A DNA stretch of 64,000 bases, from positions 58,652,001-58,716,000 of the forward strand of contig OX597822.1 in NCBI GenBank assembly GCA_951406725.2. The letters are read 5' to 3'. Position 1 is the stretch's first letter. Each line of letters starts with the position of its first letter. Below, one piece after another: positions 13,760 through 26,301 of the stretch. Made by a program: the position numbers and the translations under genes. The stretch is from Octopus vulgaris (lineage: Eukaryota). The notes beneath the pieces were generated by a model that was not told where the DNA came from, made no database searches, and saw only the letters and a list, made by a program, of their open reading frames with translations.

Positions 13760-13851
13760 CGCCCGCAGAGGGACTCGAAGCCACGACCTTCAGATTACTT
13801 CTAAGTTTGACCTATAAAAGTCTGATGCTCTACCGACTGAACTATACAGGC
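13760..13851 (-). tRNA. tRNA-Lys(UUU) with 19-nt intron (13796-13814); possibly a pseudogene
   Basis: Minus strand: GCCTGTATAGTTCAGTCGGTAGAGCATCAGACTTTTA[TAGGTCAAACTTAGAAGTA]ATCTGAAGGTCGTGGCTTCGAGTCCCTCTGCGGGCG. Exons total 73 nt; A box intact, B box has one substitution; TTTTT terminator 13748-13752; two mismatches in the T-stem. Confidence 0.88.
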
Positions 13852-14896
13852 GGACAACAATCAGTAATCAGTAATCAACAATTACAAAATACGTTATTCT
13901 TGTTCTGACAAAGAAACGAAATAAATACAAATAACAAAAAAAAAAAAAAAGAACAAAGAGAGTTAAAAACTTTTCCACCAGCATGAAACTGCAAGCCAGC
14001 AAGCCAGAGAGTGTAATACAACTAACCAATGCAATATAGGAATTTCAATGTATACATGTATGCTTGCATGACTTAAGATGTTATATTGCGCACAGAAGTT
14101 TGACACTTTCTCGGCAATTGACCGTGCATTTACTAAAAAACCTTAGGATAGCCTTCCCCATTGCAGGAATAAAAAAAAATGCTTAGAAACAATATTGTTG
14201 GCACTCCGTCGGTTACGACGACGAGGGTTCCAATTGATCCGATCAACGGAACAGCCTGCTCGAGAAATGAACGTGCAAGTGGTTGAGCACTCCACAGACA
14301 CGTGTACCTTTAACATAGCTCTCACGGAGATTTCATCTTGAAACAAAATGCGACAAGGTTGGACCTTTGAAATACAGGTACAGCAGAAACAGAAAGAGTG
14401 AGAGAAAGTTGTGGTGAAAGAGTACAGCAGGGGTCGCCCCCCCCCCCTACCGGAGCCTCGTGGAACTTTAGGTGTTTTCGCTCAATAAACACTCACAACG
14501 CCTGTTCTGGGAATCGAAACCGCGATCCTACTACCGCGAGTCTGATGCCCCTAACCACTGGGCAGCTTGCGTGCTCATCTTTCGCTGAACGGCCTGCACA
14601 AATGTTTCTTTATAGGGATCAAATTTATGTGTTGTACCTTAGCTCACTCTCTCCATCAAATCGACGTTGCCTCAGCAAGTGCACACTGAACCATGCGTCA
14701 CGTGTCGAAGTGATCGCGGAGCAATGTGAGATGATGTATTTTGCTCAAGGACACAACGTATCACCCGGTCTCTGAATTGAAACTACGATCTTGCGATCAT
14801 GAGTGCAACACCCTAACCACTAAGCCATGTGCCCTCTCAGTAATATAGAGCATTAAAGAAAACTAGATAAAAATATATTAGATGATAATAAACTAC

Positions 14897-15033
14897 AGGC
14901 GTAGGAGTGGCTGTGTAGTAAGTAGCTTGCTTATGAACTACATGGTTCCCGGTTCAGTCCCACTGCGTGGCACCTTTAGCCGACCATAACCTTGTGAGTG
15001 GATTTGGTGGACGGAAACTGAAAGAAGCCCGTC

Positions 15034-15103
<70 letters not shown>

Positions 15104-15320
15104 GTGTATGTTTGTGTGTCTGTGTTTGTCCCCACCAACATCGCTTGACAACTGATGCTGGTGTGTTTACGTCCCCGTAACATAGCAGTTCGGCAAAAGA
15201 GACCGATAGAGTAAGTACTAGGCTTACAAAGAATAAGTTCTGGGGTCGCTTTGCTCGACTAAAGGTGGTGCTCCAGTATGACCACAGTCAAATGACTGAA
15301 ACAAGTAAAAAAAGTATAAG
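14897..15320 (+). mobile_element. SINE family A
   Basis: Matches 13363-13747 with a small internal deletion. Confidence 0.88.
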
Positions 15321-16512
15321 AGTACTGTCCTTAGAATTCTACACAAAAGTAGATGATTACATATGTAAACTTTATGGATAATAAAGTAGAAAATCTAGAC
15401 GAACACAGAAATACAGCAGACGTAAAACCAACTATGGAAGTAAATAGACGTTAATTGCAAAACAATTCAAAATCTGGCGTTGATTATATTATCAGTTACA
15501 ATGTCATTCCTTTTATCTTTTACAGACAACCACAAAACGCGAAAACAACGTGCTACTATCATTATTTCGATCAGAAGAAGAGACCATGAAGGTCTTGGAA
15601 CGTTAATGAATTTAGTGAATTATTGTTCAAATCCAACCATTAAAAACTAATAAGAAAACTTGAAAAATCTTAAATACAAAATTAAACTCAAGCACAGCCG
15701 TACACACAAATTCTATGTCACTCTTTCTCTTTCTTTCTGTCTGTCTGACTCTCTCCCTCTCTCTTTCTCTTCTCAGACTCTATCAGTCTTCTATCTATGT
15801 TTTTATCTGTCTAATACACCTCCTTTTATTATATTTCATTTCACTCTTTTCCACCACTTTCAGCACAACCACTGCTTTCTCCTCTCATATCCTTATACCA
15901 TGACAGAAAGTGAGGAAACCAGAAAAGAAAAGAGTAATACGAGATTTTGGGATTTTATAATATGTATGTGTGCATTGGTGCATGTTAGTGTATGTGTGCA
16001 TATGTATGTGTGTGCGCACGTGCGTTTGTGTTAGTGTGAATGCGCCTCCGTGTATGTTTTAAAATATGAAAATAGCTAAAGCAAAAAGACACTAGAAAAT
16101 CAATAATGGATATACATATTAAAACAAGTATGTGGATATATTCATATATTTTCTCCAGACACGAACTCGTGTTTCCAGACTACCTCACGTTTACAATAAA
16201 ATGTAATGGAGAATTGTGAAAAAATAACATTGACTATGTACAGGTCGGTAAAGACGAAAAGGATAAACCGGAAAGATATGAATACACTCAAAATATAGAT
16301 AAAAAGTTTACGACCTTTCTGTCTGTAAAATATCTTACAAAATGTTTGATTTTTCCGAAATTAATTGTTGAAAAAATGTATTAAAAGCCAGCTACCAGAA
16401 ATGAGCCGTATTTTAATATTCGAAGTAAATATTTAGCAAGTATAATGAAGATATTTTTCTATTATTAATATACTCAGTAATGCATGTATGTATGCATAAA
16501 TATATACTTATA

Positions 16513-16574
<62 letters not shown>

Positions 16575-16689
16575 GTCACACATAGCTGCATACCTATACA
16601 TGAATGTAGTTGACTCTGCGTCTATTAAACCCTCGGAAGCGGTGAACCGCACTAATTCCTTAACGGCCCGTACTTTACGGATTACTCAC

Positions 16690-16705
16690 ATGGAAACACT
16701 TCGAC
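16690..16705 (-). CDS. Candidate 16-nt micro-exon of an unidentified gene (G-R-S-V-S-I/M)
   Basis: cttttctgtag|GTCGAAGTGTTTCCAT|gtgagt; phase 1 to 2, compatible with the exon at 17316-17365. Confidence 0.45.
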
Positions 16706-16740
16706 CTACAGAAAAGTGTTAACAAAACAACAACAACAGC

Positions 16741-16771
<31 letters not shown>

Positions 16772-17315
16772 GCAGCAACAGCAACAGCAACATCACTATA
16801 ACAAGAGGTGAGTAGAAGAGACTGTTTCTCAACAATCTTAACCTGAATAACGAGAATATCAATAATAATGAAGAAAGAAAGAAAGAAAGAAAGGAAGAAA
16901 GAAAGGAAGGAAGGAAGGAAGGAAGGAAGGAAGGAAGCAAGAAAGAAAGAAACAAAAGAAAGAAACAAAGAAAGAAACAAAGGGAGGAAAGAAAGGAGGA
17001 AGGTAGAAAGAAACAAAGAAAGAAAAGAGGAAAGGAAGGAAGGGAGGAAGAAAGAAAGAAGAAAAGGAAGAAAGAGAGAATGTAAGCTAGAAAGAGAGAA
17101 AGAATGTAAGGTAGAAAGAGAGAAAGGAATAAAGAAGATCATATAAAGGAAGAAAATAAGAAAGAATAGAAAGATGGGAAAAAACGATGGGAAACGAAAA
17201 GGGAAAAGAAATGAAGAAAGAGAAATGACAGGAAAATAGAAAATAAGAGTAGACAGAAGATTGAAAAATCAGTGTTTTAAGATGAATAATTTTCATGACT
17301 TGATAATATACTTAC

Positions 17316-17365
17316 CCTCTGGCAGGCATTCAAACACCCATTCGCTCGTAGTGTCAAACCGTGAA
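17316..17365 (-). CDS. Candidate 50-nt exon (SRFDTTSEWVFECLPE)
   Basis: ccgtag| ... GAGG|gtaagt; open in phase 2 to 1. The acceptor is preceded by (AC)n instead of a pyrimidine tract. Confidence 0.45.
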
Positions 17366-18159
17366 CTACGGTGTGTGTGTGTGTGTGTGTGTTTGGGTGT
17401 GTGATTTGTAAATAGTAAAATAGCAAAATAATATCCCTGCTTTATACAATCCAGGAAGACGGTGGTTTGGTGGAATTGTAAGAGCGTTGGACAAAAATTA
17501 TGCTTTTCCGGCATTTGTTTCGGAGTTTTTGCGTTCAGAATTTGTTTTGAGACGACATTGGTGCCATGCTGTAAGGGCTTTTGACTTGTCCCCGTGGGTA
17601 ATATCGTTAGCTTTAAGATGAAGGACTCTCTGCAATGACAACCGCTGGTCTTCCATGAAAATGAAAAGAAAAAAAAATGCCTAGGCCTGCGACCTTGAGA
17701 AGAACATACTAGGTTTAAAACCATAGCCAACCCTGGAGGACGTACTACTTTGAAATATAAACATGAAATGTCGAACTAGCGAAAGTTTCAGGAAATAAAT
17801 TTTTAAGTCGATTGCAAGGCACCATAATTCCTGTTAATTCCTGAAATAGGGAAAATGAGGCGATATGATCAACACTGAGGAGACACCGTACCCCTTGCGA
17901 ATAAAGTCATGTATAAAGGAAGGCCATGAAGGGGATGGTTTATCAAACTCAAGGAATGAATAGGGAAGAAGATACGCGGTTGGATGATAAATGGGAAAGA
18001 TGTAAGGAAAAGGTTGCGTCTTTTGTTGTGGACTAATATGTTATTTCATTGATCCCAAAAGCTTTACAGTTGGTCTCGGTGGGGTTTCACCTCAGAATAT
18101 AAATACCAGTAGAAATATCGTAACACATATTCTTATCCGACCGAGCAGTAGTAACGCCA

Positions 18160-18205
<46 letters not shown>

Positions 18206-18239
18206 TATAGGGTCCCTTATTGTCTTCCTAATTGTTAAC

Positions 18240-18950
18240 TTATTCGCCCAGCAAAGACCACTTTATTCATTCAGTAAAAACAACCTTGTTGATTCACCAA
18301 AGACTTCCGTATTGACTTAGCAAAATTCATGAAATTACTTCAATATTCTTTTCTACTCTAGGCACAAAGGTTGAAATTTTGGGGGAGGGGGCCAGTCGAT
18401 TAGATCCGCCCCAGTACGCAACTGATACTTAATTCATCGACCCCGAAAGGATGAAAGGCAAAGTCGACCTCGGCGGAATTTGAACTCAGAACGTAAAGAC
18501 AGACGAACTACCTATTTCTTTACTACCCATAAGGGGCTAAACACAGAGAGGACAAACAAGGACAAACAAACGGATTAAGTCGATTATATCGACCCCAGTG
18601 CGCAACTGGTACTTATTTAATCGACCCCGAAAGGATGAAAGGCAAAGTCGACCTCGGTGGAATTTGAACTCTGAACGTAGCGGCAGACGAAATACCGCTA
18701 AGCATTTCGCCCAGCGCGCTAACGATTCTGCCAGCTCTTCGCTTTGAAATTACTTCAATATTAATTCAATAAAATCTTCCTTATTGACTCAATAATGACT
18801 CCCTTATTGATTGAGCAAATGTCATCTTATTGACTGAGTAAAGGTTTCCTTAATGACTCAATAAAGGCTCCCGTATTGACTCAGTAATGACTCCCGTATT
18901 GGATCAGTAACGGCCCCTTTATCAACTCAGTAAAGGCTAGCTTATTGATT
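18240..18950. repeat. Degenerate 21-bp minisatellite (TTATTGACTCAGTAA..) split by a SINE insertion
   Basis: About 4 units at 18240-18330 and about 8 units at 18763-18950. Confidence 0.8.
18348..18744 (-). mobile_element. Composite SINE B (two bodies, two different tails)
   Basis: Flanked by an 18-bp TSD TGAAATTACTTCAATATT (18330-18347, 18745-18762). Confidence 0.88.
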
Positions 18951-19216
18951 ACTATGCCAGTAAGTATTGAAGACAGAAATACATTCACGACATGAAAAGG
19001 AACGTGACCAAAAGTACAACTGTATTGAATGCAGTAAAAGTGCAGCTGTTAAGTGAGTCGAGACAAGTAAACGAGTAAGAGAGATGTAAAGATATGAAAG
19101 TGTGTCGGGAGGTTTTGAAATATGACTTCTAGATCAGGACACATATTAACACCACCACCACCACCACCACCACCACCATCATCATCATCAGAAGCGTTCT
19201 TTCTCTCGGCGCTTAC

Positions 19217-19266
19217 AAGTTCGTATCGGTTAAAGTCGGCGGCCATAACCTCAGATGACATCGGTG
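19217..19266 (-). CDS. Candidate 50-nt exon (HRCHLRLWPPTLTDTN in the frame that joins its neighbours)
   Basis: tctcttctttcacag| ... CTT|gtaagc; phase 0 to 2. Confidence 0.42.
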
Positions 19267-19438
19267 CTGTGAAAGAAGAGACTTGCATGAATGACCAATG
19301 TTCTTTAGAAAAAGAAAATCTTGCTCAGACTTGTACATATGTGTGCAGATAAATGGTCATTCTAGGTATCATCTTGAATGTGTATACACATACATACATA
19401 CATACATACATACATACATACATACATACATACATACA

Positions 19439-19469
<31 letters not shown>

Positions 19470-19888
19470 TCTCTTTACTCTTTACTCTTTTACTTGTTTC
19501 AGTCATTTGACTGTGGTCATGTTGGAGCAGCGCCTTTAGTCGAGCAAATCGACCCCAGGACTTATTCTTTGTAAGCCTAGTACTTATTCTATCGGTGTCT
19601 TTTGCCGAAACGCTAAGTTACGGGGGCGTAAACACACTAGAATCGGTTGTCAAGCGATGTTGGTGGGGACAAACACAGACACACAAACATATACACACAC
19701 ACAAGCATATACATATACATATATACGACGGGCTTCTTTCAGTTTCCGTCTACCAAATCCACTCACAGGGCTTTGGTCGGCCCGAGGCTATAGTAGAAGA
19801 CACTTGCCCAAGGTGTCACGTAGTGGGACTGAACCCGGAACCATGTGGTTGGTAAGCAAGGTACTTACCACACAGCCACTCCTACGCC
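19470..19888 (-). mobile_element. SINE family A
   Basis: Full-length match to other copies. Confidence 0.88.
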
Positions 19889-19921
19889 TATACATACATA
19901 CATACATACTTACATACATAC

Positions 19922-19973
<52 letters not shown>

Positions 19974-20001
19974 TTACATATATATATATATACATACATA
20001 C

Positions 20002-20058
<57 letters not shown>

Positions 20059-20059
20059 C

Positions 20060-20141
<82 letters not shown>

Positions 20142-20196
20142 TTTATTTTATCTAGTTTCAGCTCACGAACTGTGGGCATGCTGGGGCACATGTATG

Positions 20197-20265
<69 letters not shown>

Positions 20266-20399
20266 GTGTGTGTATGAATATGTAAATGATAGTGTGTGCT
20301 TGTGTGCATGTACAGTGTGTGCTTACAGGAATAATCAGACAAGGAATTTTTTAGTTTCGCCTTTGTAAGTTCAATCAACTCCCTCTTTTCTATATTTAA

Positions 20400-21377
20400 G
20401 AGATGAGGACGGGCGTTGTCGTGCTACAGAAGAGCGCCATTTCGCCTGTTCGGTCACTCTTGCTGAATTGCTGAATCGTTGAGTCGGTGAAGTTGTTGAA
20501 TGCAGAGCTCCGCATTAAGTATTTGGTTGCGCTCAAGCAGTTCGTAATGAATTATGCCTTCCGAATCCCACCATACACACAACATGGTCTTTCGAGTATG
20601 AAAGCCTTGTTTTGCTCGCGGAGTCGCTTGTCTGTCGGGGCTGCTGAGCCATTCTTTTCACTGCTTCATATAGACGTAAAGGCACCATTTTTCATCGCCA
20701 GTGACAATGCAGTAAAGAAAACGCTGTTTGCGACTATGTGTTGAGCAATGCCGAACGATGTCGAGCGATGTCGAGCGAGCAAACTGGAGGTGATTGTGAA
20801 GCATTGGTATTTGTTGTTTTCGCTCAAAGTGTGTGACACCCAAGCGCCGAGTTTCTGAACCTTACCCACTGACTGAAGGTGGTTCACCACAGTTTTTTTT
20901 AGTTTTTTTATCACGATCCATCTGCTCCACCAATTCTCTGGTCGTTTGACGCGGATTTTCGTGAAGAAGTTGATTCAGTCGCTCTTTATCGAACTCAGTT
21001 GGTCGACCGGTGTGTGATCCGTCCTTGAGCTCAAAGTTCCCATTTTTGAAGCGCGCGAAGACCAACGGCGCCCGGTACTTTGTGGCATTGCTTCTTCTTC
21101 ATACACAGCACAAATCTCACGAGCAGCTTCACCGGCCTAAACACCTCGATTAAACGCAAAAAGCAACTGGTGTCGAAAATGCTCAGTTGACATTCCATTT
21201 TAATGATCTGAAAATATACAAAAATCAATAAAATTAAAAAAATCAAAGCAGATTTTCTTATAGAGTAAAAAATTCTTTTAAATGACATAAAACATTTTCC
21301 CAATGCGTTTTATTTCTGCGTGCATTTTTAAAATTGAAAAAAAAAATAAACCGCTCCTGAATTATACCTCAACCTAG
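20400..21377 (-). mobile_element. Degenerate mariner transposon (5' TIR + truncated transposase)
   Basis: TA|CTAGGTTGAGGTATAATTC TIR; ATG about 21198; frames give FKNGNFELKD..GRP, NPRQTTREL, LGAWVSHTL, IVTGDEKWCLY, MLCVWWD, HDNARPH. Stops and frameshifts. Confidence 0.93.
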
Positions 21378-21594
21378 TACGTGTATGTATATGTATACAG
21401 ACGCACACAGACACATACATACACACACACATGTGTGTACGTGCGTGCGTGTGCGTGTGTGTGTGTGTGCGTGTGTGTGTGTATTTGCATACATGGGGAA
21501 CAACTTTTAAAAATATTAACGCATGTTGCGTGTTAATTGTATCATTGTGCTACAATTGCTCCTTATTTGCCGATGTTATATATACATACATACT

Positions 21595-21739
<145 letters not shown>

Positions 21740-21775
21740 GCTAGAGTATATATAGTGACCACTCTTTATTTATTT

Positions 21776-21839
<64 letters not shown>

Positions 21840-21985
21840 ATTGAAAAAATTGAGCTATATACATATATATATATATCTATTTATACTTACACACATATAG
21901 AGGTACATAGATACATGCATACTTAAATGGATAGAGACATACATGCATACGTACGAACATTAACACATATACACACAGCACACAT

Positions 21986-22048
<63 letters not shown>

Positions 22049-22229
22049 AAGAGAGAGAGAAAACGCATACGCACGCGCGCATATTCAGCAACCGAATTCG
22101 GACACTCCCAACAAGTGATCTCCAATGGGAACAATTATCCATAGCAGCAGGCAGATTTTCCAACTTGATCCTGGTAACTTGTACCAGTTGGTGCTGCACA
22201 CATAAAGTGAGGCCTTCCTTCCGATTAGT

Positions 22230-23830
22230 ATACTCAGATTAGGCTAACATAGAGTAGCCAGAGATGTGGTGGTCAATTGTTTCTCTAGTTGTAACACAAA
22301 AGTGGCAGGAAGGGTCGACATCGTTTTTAAGAATGTTGGTTGGCTTGGTAATTTCTAGTAGGTAAACACTGATTCTGAGATGATATAATAAATGTTTCTG
22401 TTTCTGATATAAGTCTACTGTGGTTCTCAACCATTTTTTGTTTCTATGGACCGATCTGATTCCCATTTTACTCAATTGGTCCCTCGTAGCCATTCGATGT
22501 TCAAGAAATTCCCTATTATATTTTTATAATTAAATATCATTAGGAATTGTATGAAAGTAATGTTAAAATATTTTGTGTAGCATAGAAGTATAAGCGATTT
22601 ATTTCACATAATCTTACATGGAATTCGAAGAGTCATGTGGACCCAGTTGAGAACTACCGGATTAGATGCCGACAACAACTAGTGAGTCGTGTTTGCATAA
22701 TCGGAATTGCTGGGTTTTGTGGAGTATTTACCGTATAATGCCTTATTGTTCCATCGAATTCGATTTGGTTTATGTTTTGTTTTGCTTTCACGGTGGGTTC
22801 TTCTGTTTCATTTATTTCTACCCCAGTCTCGCTGGTCTTTAATTACTTCACATATTTCTTTGCTTCTTCTGATATCGAGTGTAGTTTCTTGATTCTTACA
22901 TACTTGAAGGCAAGTTCAATCATCCAGTCCTTAATGTTCTTTCGATAGGTATCTAACCTACGGGCGCTGTCTTTTGAGACAGTTATAGCTGCATCAGTTC
23001 ATATCCTCCAACCATTCGTAGGACGTATAGTCTATCTACATCTGCTTTTGGGTGATGCATGTAGTGCATTGTAGAAACTAGCGTATTTTTGTGTTAATTG
23101 TACTTATTCCATTAATAGGCCATTTTATGATATTAAAGCTGCAGATCACAATAGGTATAGCTATGGTATTGATTGCATTAATTCTGTTTCTCGCATTAAG
23201 TTCGCTTTTTAGATTATCTTTCACTCCATGATAACATTCTTTCCGTATTTTCACGTACATGTATGGGTATTGGCTGGTATCCATTCACGCACCTAAATAT
23301 TTCTAGTTTTTTTTTTCAGGATCTAATTCATTAATTACGATATTTTTAGTTGTGTGTTATAGGTTATCAAGAGTTTTACATTAATAAACGAAGCTTTATT
23401 ACATATATCAAGGCCAAACTCTGCTTCACTATCGTCATAGACTTGTTTTACTATAGTTACAAGCGTTTTCGATTGCTGATCATGTTTCACGAAAGCTTTA
23501 GATCTGTCGTAAATTCTGTACCCATGTCTTATATCAACTGATAGCTTACTTAAGGGAATGAGAACTGCGCAAGAGAAAACTGGTGATTGAGAATCACCTT
23601 GAAAAGTGCTACAGTTTATATAAATGTCACCCGCATTTTACAGTACCTACCTCTATATTCAGTGTTAGAGTTGTCATTCAAATAGAAAATTATCAACAAT
23701 CAGAGAGATTTTATAGATTTCTAAGCATTTCTCACTCCAGCTATAGGGAATGCTATCAAACGCATTCTTTAAAAAAATCAATCCATGTAATGCGAAGATT
23801 TTTGTGTCACTTATGGCACTTTTCCAGAAT
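22230..23830 (-). mobile_element. Highly degenerate R4/Dong-like (RLE-type) LINE
   Basis: Remnants FQGDSQSP, DLKLF-like, KYLG, SELNARNRINAINTIAIP, HHPKADVDRLY and CCHC-like CHFC..RETIDHHISG..LA. Confidence 0.75.
22418..22660. mobile_element. hAT-type MITE inserted in the R4-like LINE
   Basis: Termini CTGTGGTTCTCAAC / GTTGAGAACTACCG. Confidence 0.55.
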
Positions 23831-24241
23831 TATTTTTTTGGTTTTTATGCTCTCCTCTTTCTTCTCCCCCTTTTCTCCCCCCTGTCTCCTCTGTCTCTGT
23901 GATTTTCTTTTCACTCTTACTGTGTATAGGTAGCATTTTTACTCATTGCTTTCCTCTGAACACACTTCCTGTCCCACTTACGTTAACTCTGTCTGAGTCT
24001 CACCTTTACTCTTTCTCTCTCCTCTTCTCTCTCCTTGTCTCTATACGAAGTAAAGCGAGATTGGAGAAACCAACCAACAAACTAATCAACAAACGAACCA
24101 ACCAACGAACCAACTAACGAACCAACCAACCAACCAATCAACCAACGTTTGTAATATCGGTTATAATTATATTGATATTATGAGGGTGATGGATTGATAG
24201 AATCATTAAAGAGTCGGACGAAAAGAATCGTTAAATATTTA

Positions 24242-24701
24242 TTACGAAGAGGGAGTGCTAAGCAGTGATAAGTGAAATTGCAATGTTATTATCAATCCGA
24301 ATATGCCTGATACACGTTCGAACTGGAGAACAAGCTACTCACTGCGTTTTGGCACGAAGAATATATCTCGCTTATTGACAAATGGTGTGTATACGTCTAG
24401 ATCAGCTCACAACGCCATCTACCTAAATAATTACTTCGAAATGCTCTTCATCGGCCGCAGACATTAATCATAATTCAGCCCGTAGCGTCGTCTGTTTTGT
24501 GTCTGTAACTGATGAGGAGATAATTACCCCGAAATGCTAGTATCTCACAGTCTAGATGGATGGCGCTGCGAGTTGATCTAGGTATATACACACCATTTGT
24601 CCACATCCAAGATGTATTCTTCGTGACAAAACACAGTGAGTAGCTTGTTCTCAAGTCGAACGTGCACCAAGCATATTCGGATTGATAATAACATTGCAAT
24701 T
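24242..24701. mobile_element. Inverted (head-to-head) Penelope-pLTR-like insertion
   Basis: Long imperfect inverted arms 24276-24462 / 24500-24701; 11-bp direct repeat TTAAATATTTA on both sides; interrupts a decayed SINE B; carries a hammerhead core. Confidence 0.7.
24501..24552 (+). ncRNA. Minimal type I hammerhead ribozyme
   Basis: GTCTGTAA-CTGATGA-GGAGATAATTACCCC-GAAA-TGCTAGTA-TC|TCACAGTC. Intact CUGAUGA and GAAA cores, near-palindromic stems II and III, AUC cleavage triplet (after 24544), stem I 6/8 paired. Confidence 0.72.
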
Positions 24702-24873
24702 AAATATTTAGTTTCGGCCCTTTACCTTCTGAGGTGAAATTTTGCCCTAGTCGACCTTGTGTTTCATCCTTCCGGGATCGATAAAATAAGTACCAGTTGA
24801 ACACTGGGGTCGAAAGTAATCGACTTACTCCCCTCCCTGAAATAGTTGCCCTTGTGCTAAATTTGGTGTTAAA

Positions 24874-24989
24874 TTGCTGCTGCTACCACCACCACCACCA
24901 CCACCACCACCACCACCACCACCACCACTACTACCACCACCACCACCACCACCACCACCACCACTACCACCACTATCACCACCACCACC

Positions 24990-25042
<53 letters not shown>

Positions 25043-25085
25043 CACACCACCACAACTACCACCACCACCACCACCACCACTACTG
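24874..25085. repeat. (ACC)n/(ACT)n microsatellite
   Basis: Direct reading. Confidence 0.96.
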
Positions 25086-25507
25086 GTTTGAGAAATGCAT
25101 TAAGTGTTTCCCTTTTTGAAATTTGCTACGTCATGAAGAATATACATTGAAGCGTTGAAGGTTAGCAAGGATATTCATAGTGAGCGAAAATATTCAAGGT
25201 TAACGAACGCTGTGTGATCATATCCTAATAATGTTTGCAGGTCCTTGTAATGTTATTTCTGGAACGTGCCTAAGTCTATCCTTAGAATATAAGATTGTGT
25301 GCCATTCCAGTTGTGCCAATTATAAATGAAGTGATAGACACATTCCTTAACTGCCATTATATTTTTAGTTCAACAGCTAAGTCTGTGCAATTCATTAGCT
25401 TTTTTTCTGCATACATCTACCTATCGTTATAGTAATTTAGTATTGCTATGTCAATAATTAAAACGTTACTGTCACTTTACATCTCAGTTTTATTTCGCGC
25501 TGTATGC

Positions 25508-25846
25508 TGGTCTGTCTGTCTGTCTGTCTGCACGTCTGCTCGAGTTCCGTAGCATTTTCACATTGTCAATTTTCATTTTCTAAGACTGCTGAAGTCTCCT
25601 CTACGTAACACAGCGCTTTATCTTGATGAAGTTAGACGTTAGTTGGTAGGTGTATTCAGACCAAGTTCGTTACGTTATTCCGTGGTCTGTTTGTCTATCC
25701 GTCTGTTCAAGTTCCGCAGCACTTTCACATTGTCATTTTTATTTTCTAAGACAGATGAATGCCCGTATACGTATCACAGAATTTCATCTTGCAGAAATTA
25801 AGCTTCAGTGGCTAAGTGTATGCAGACCAGGTTCGTTCCGTTATTG
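25508..25846. repeat. Diverged tandem duplication, period about 167 bp
   Basis: GTTCCG.AGCA.TTTCACATTGTCA..TTTTCTAAGAC and CAGACCA.GTTCGTT.CGTTATT each occur twice. Confidence 0.85.
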
Positions 25847-26244
25847 TGTCTCAAAATATATTTTGTTAGAGTTAGTGTGCCGTCCTGATGCAATGTAGTA
25901 CATGTCTACCGAGAAGTGTGTCTACATTTGTACTACTTTCATTCACATCCTTTCCACTCAGTCGTTCCTCTTCCTCTTGTCACACGTATTGCGTCCACCT
26001 TTCGTTATCCCATATTAACCACTTCACTCACTGCAACCATACCAGAACGTCGAACCTCTGGAATTCTTTCCCTACATTATTGGTGCAAGTGTGGCCGTGT
26101 GGCAAGAAGTTTGCTTCCCAACTACATGGTCCAGGGTTCAGTTCCACGGCATAAAAATTTGGGCAAGTGTCTTCTACTATGGCTACAGGCCGAGCAAAGC
26201 GTTGTGAATAGATTTGGTAGACGGAAACTGAAAGAATCACGTAG

Positions 26245-26301
<57 letters not shown>

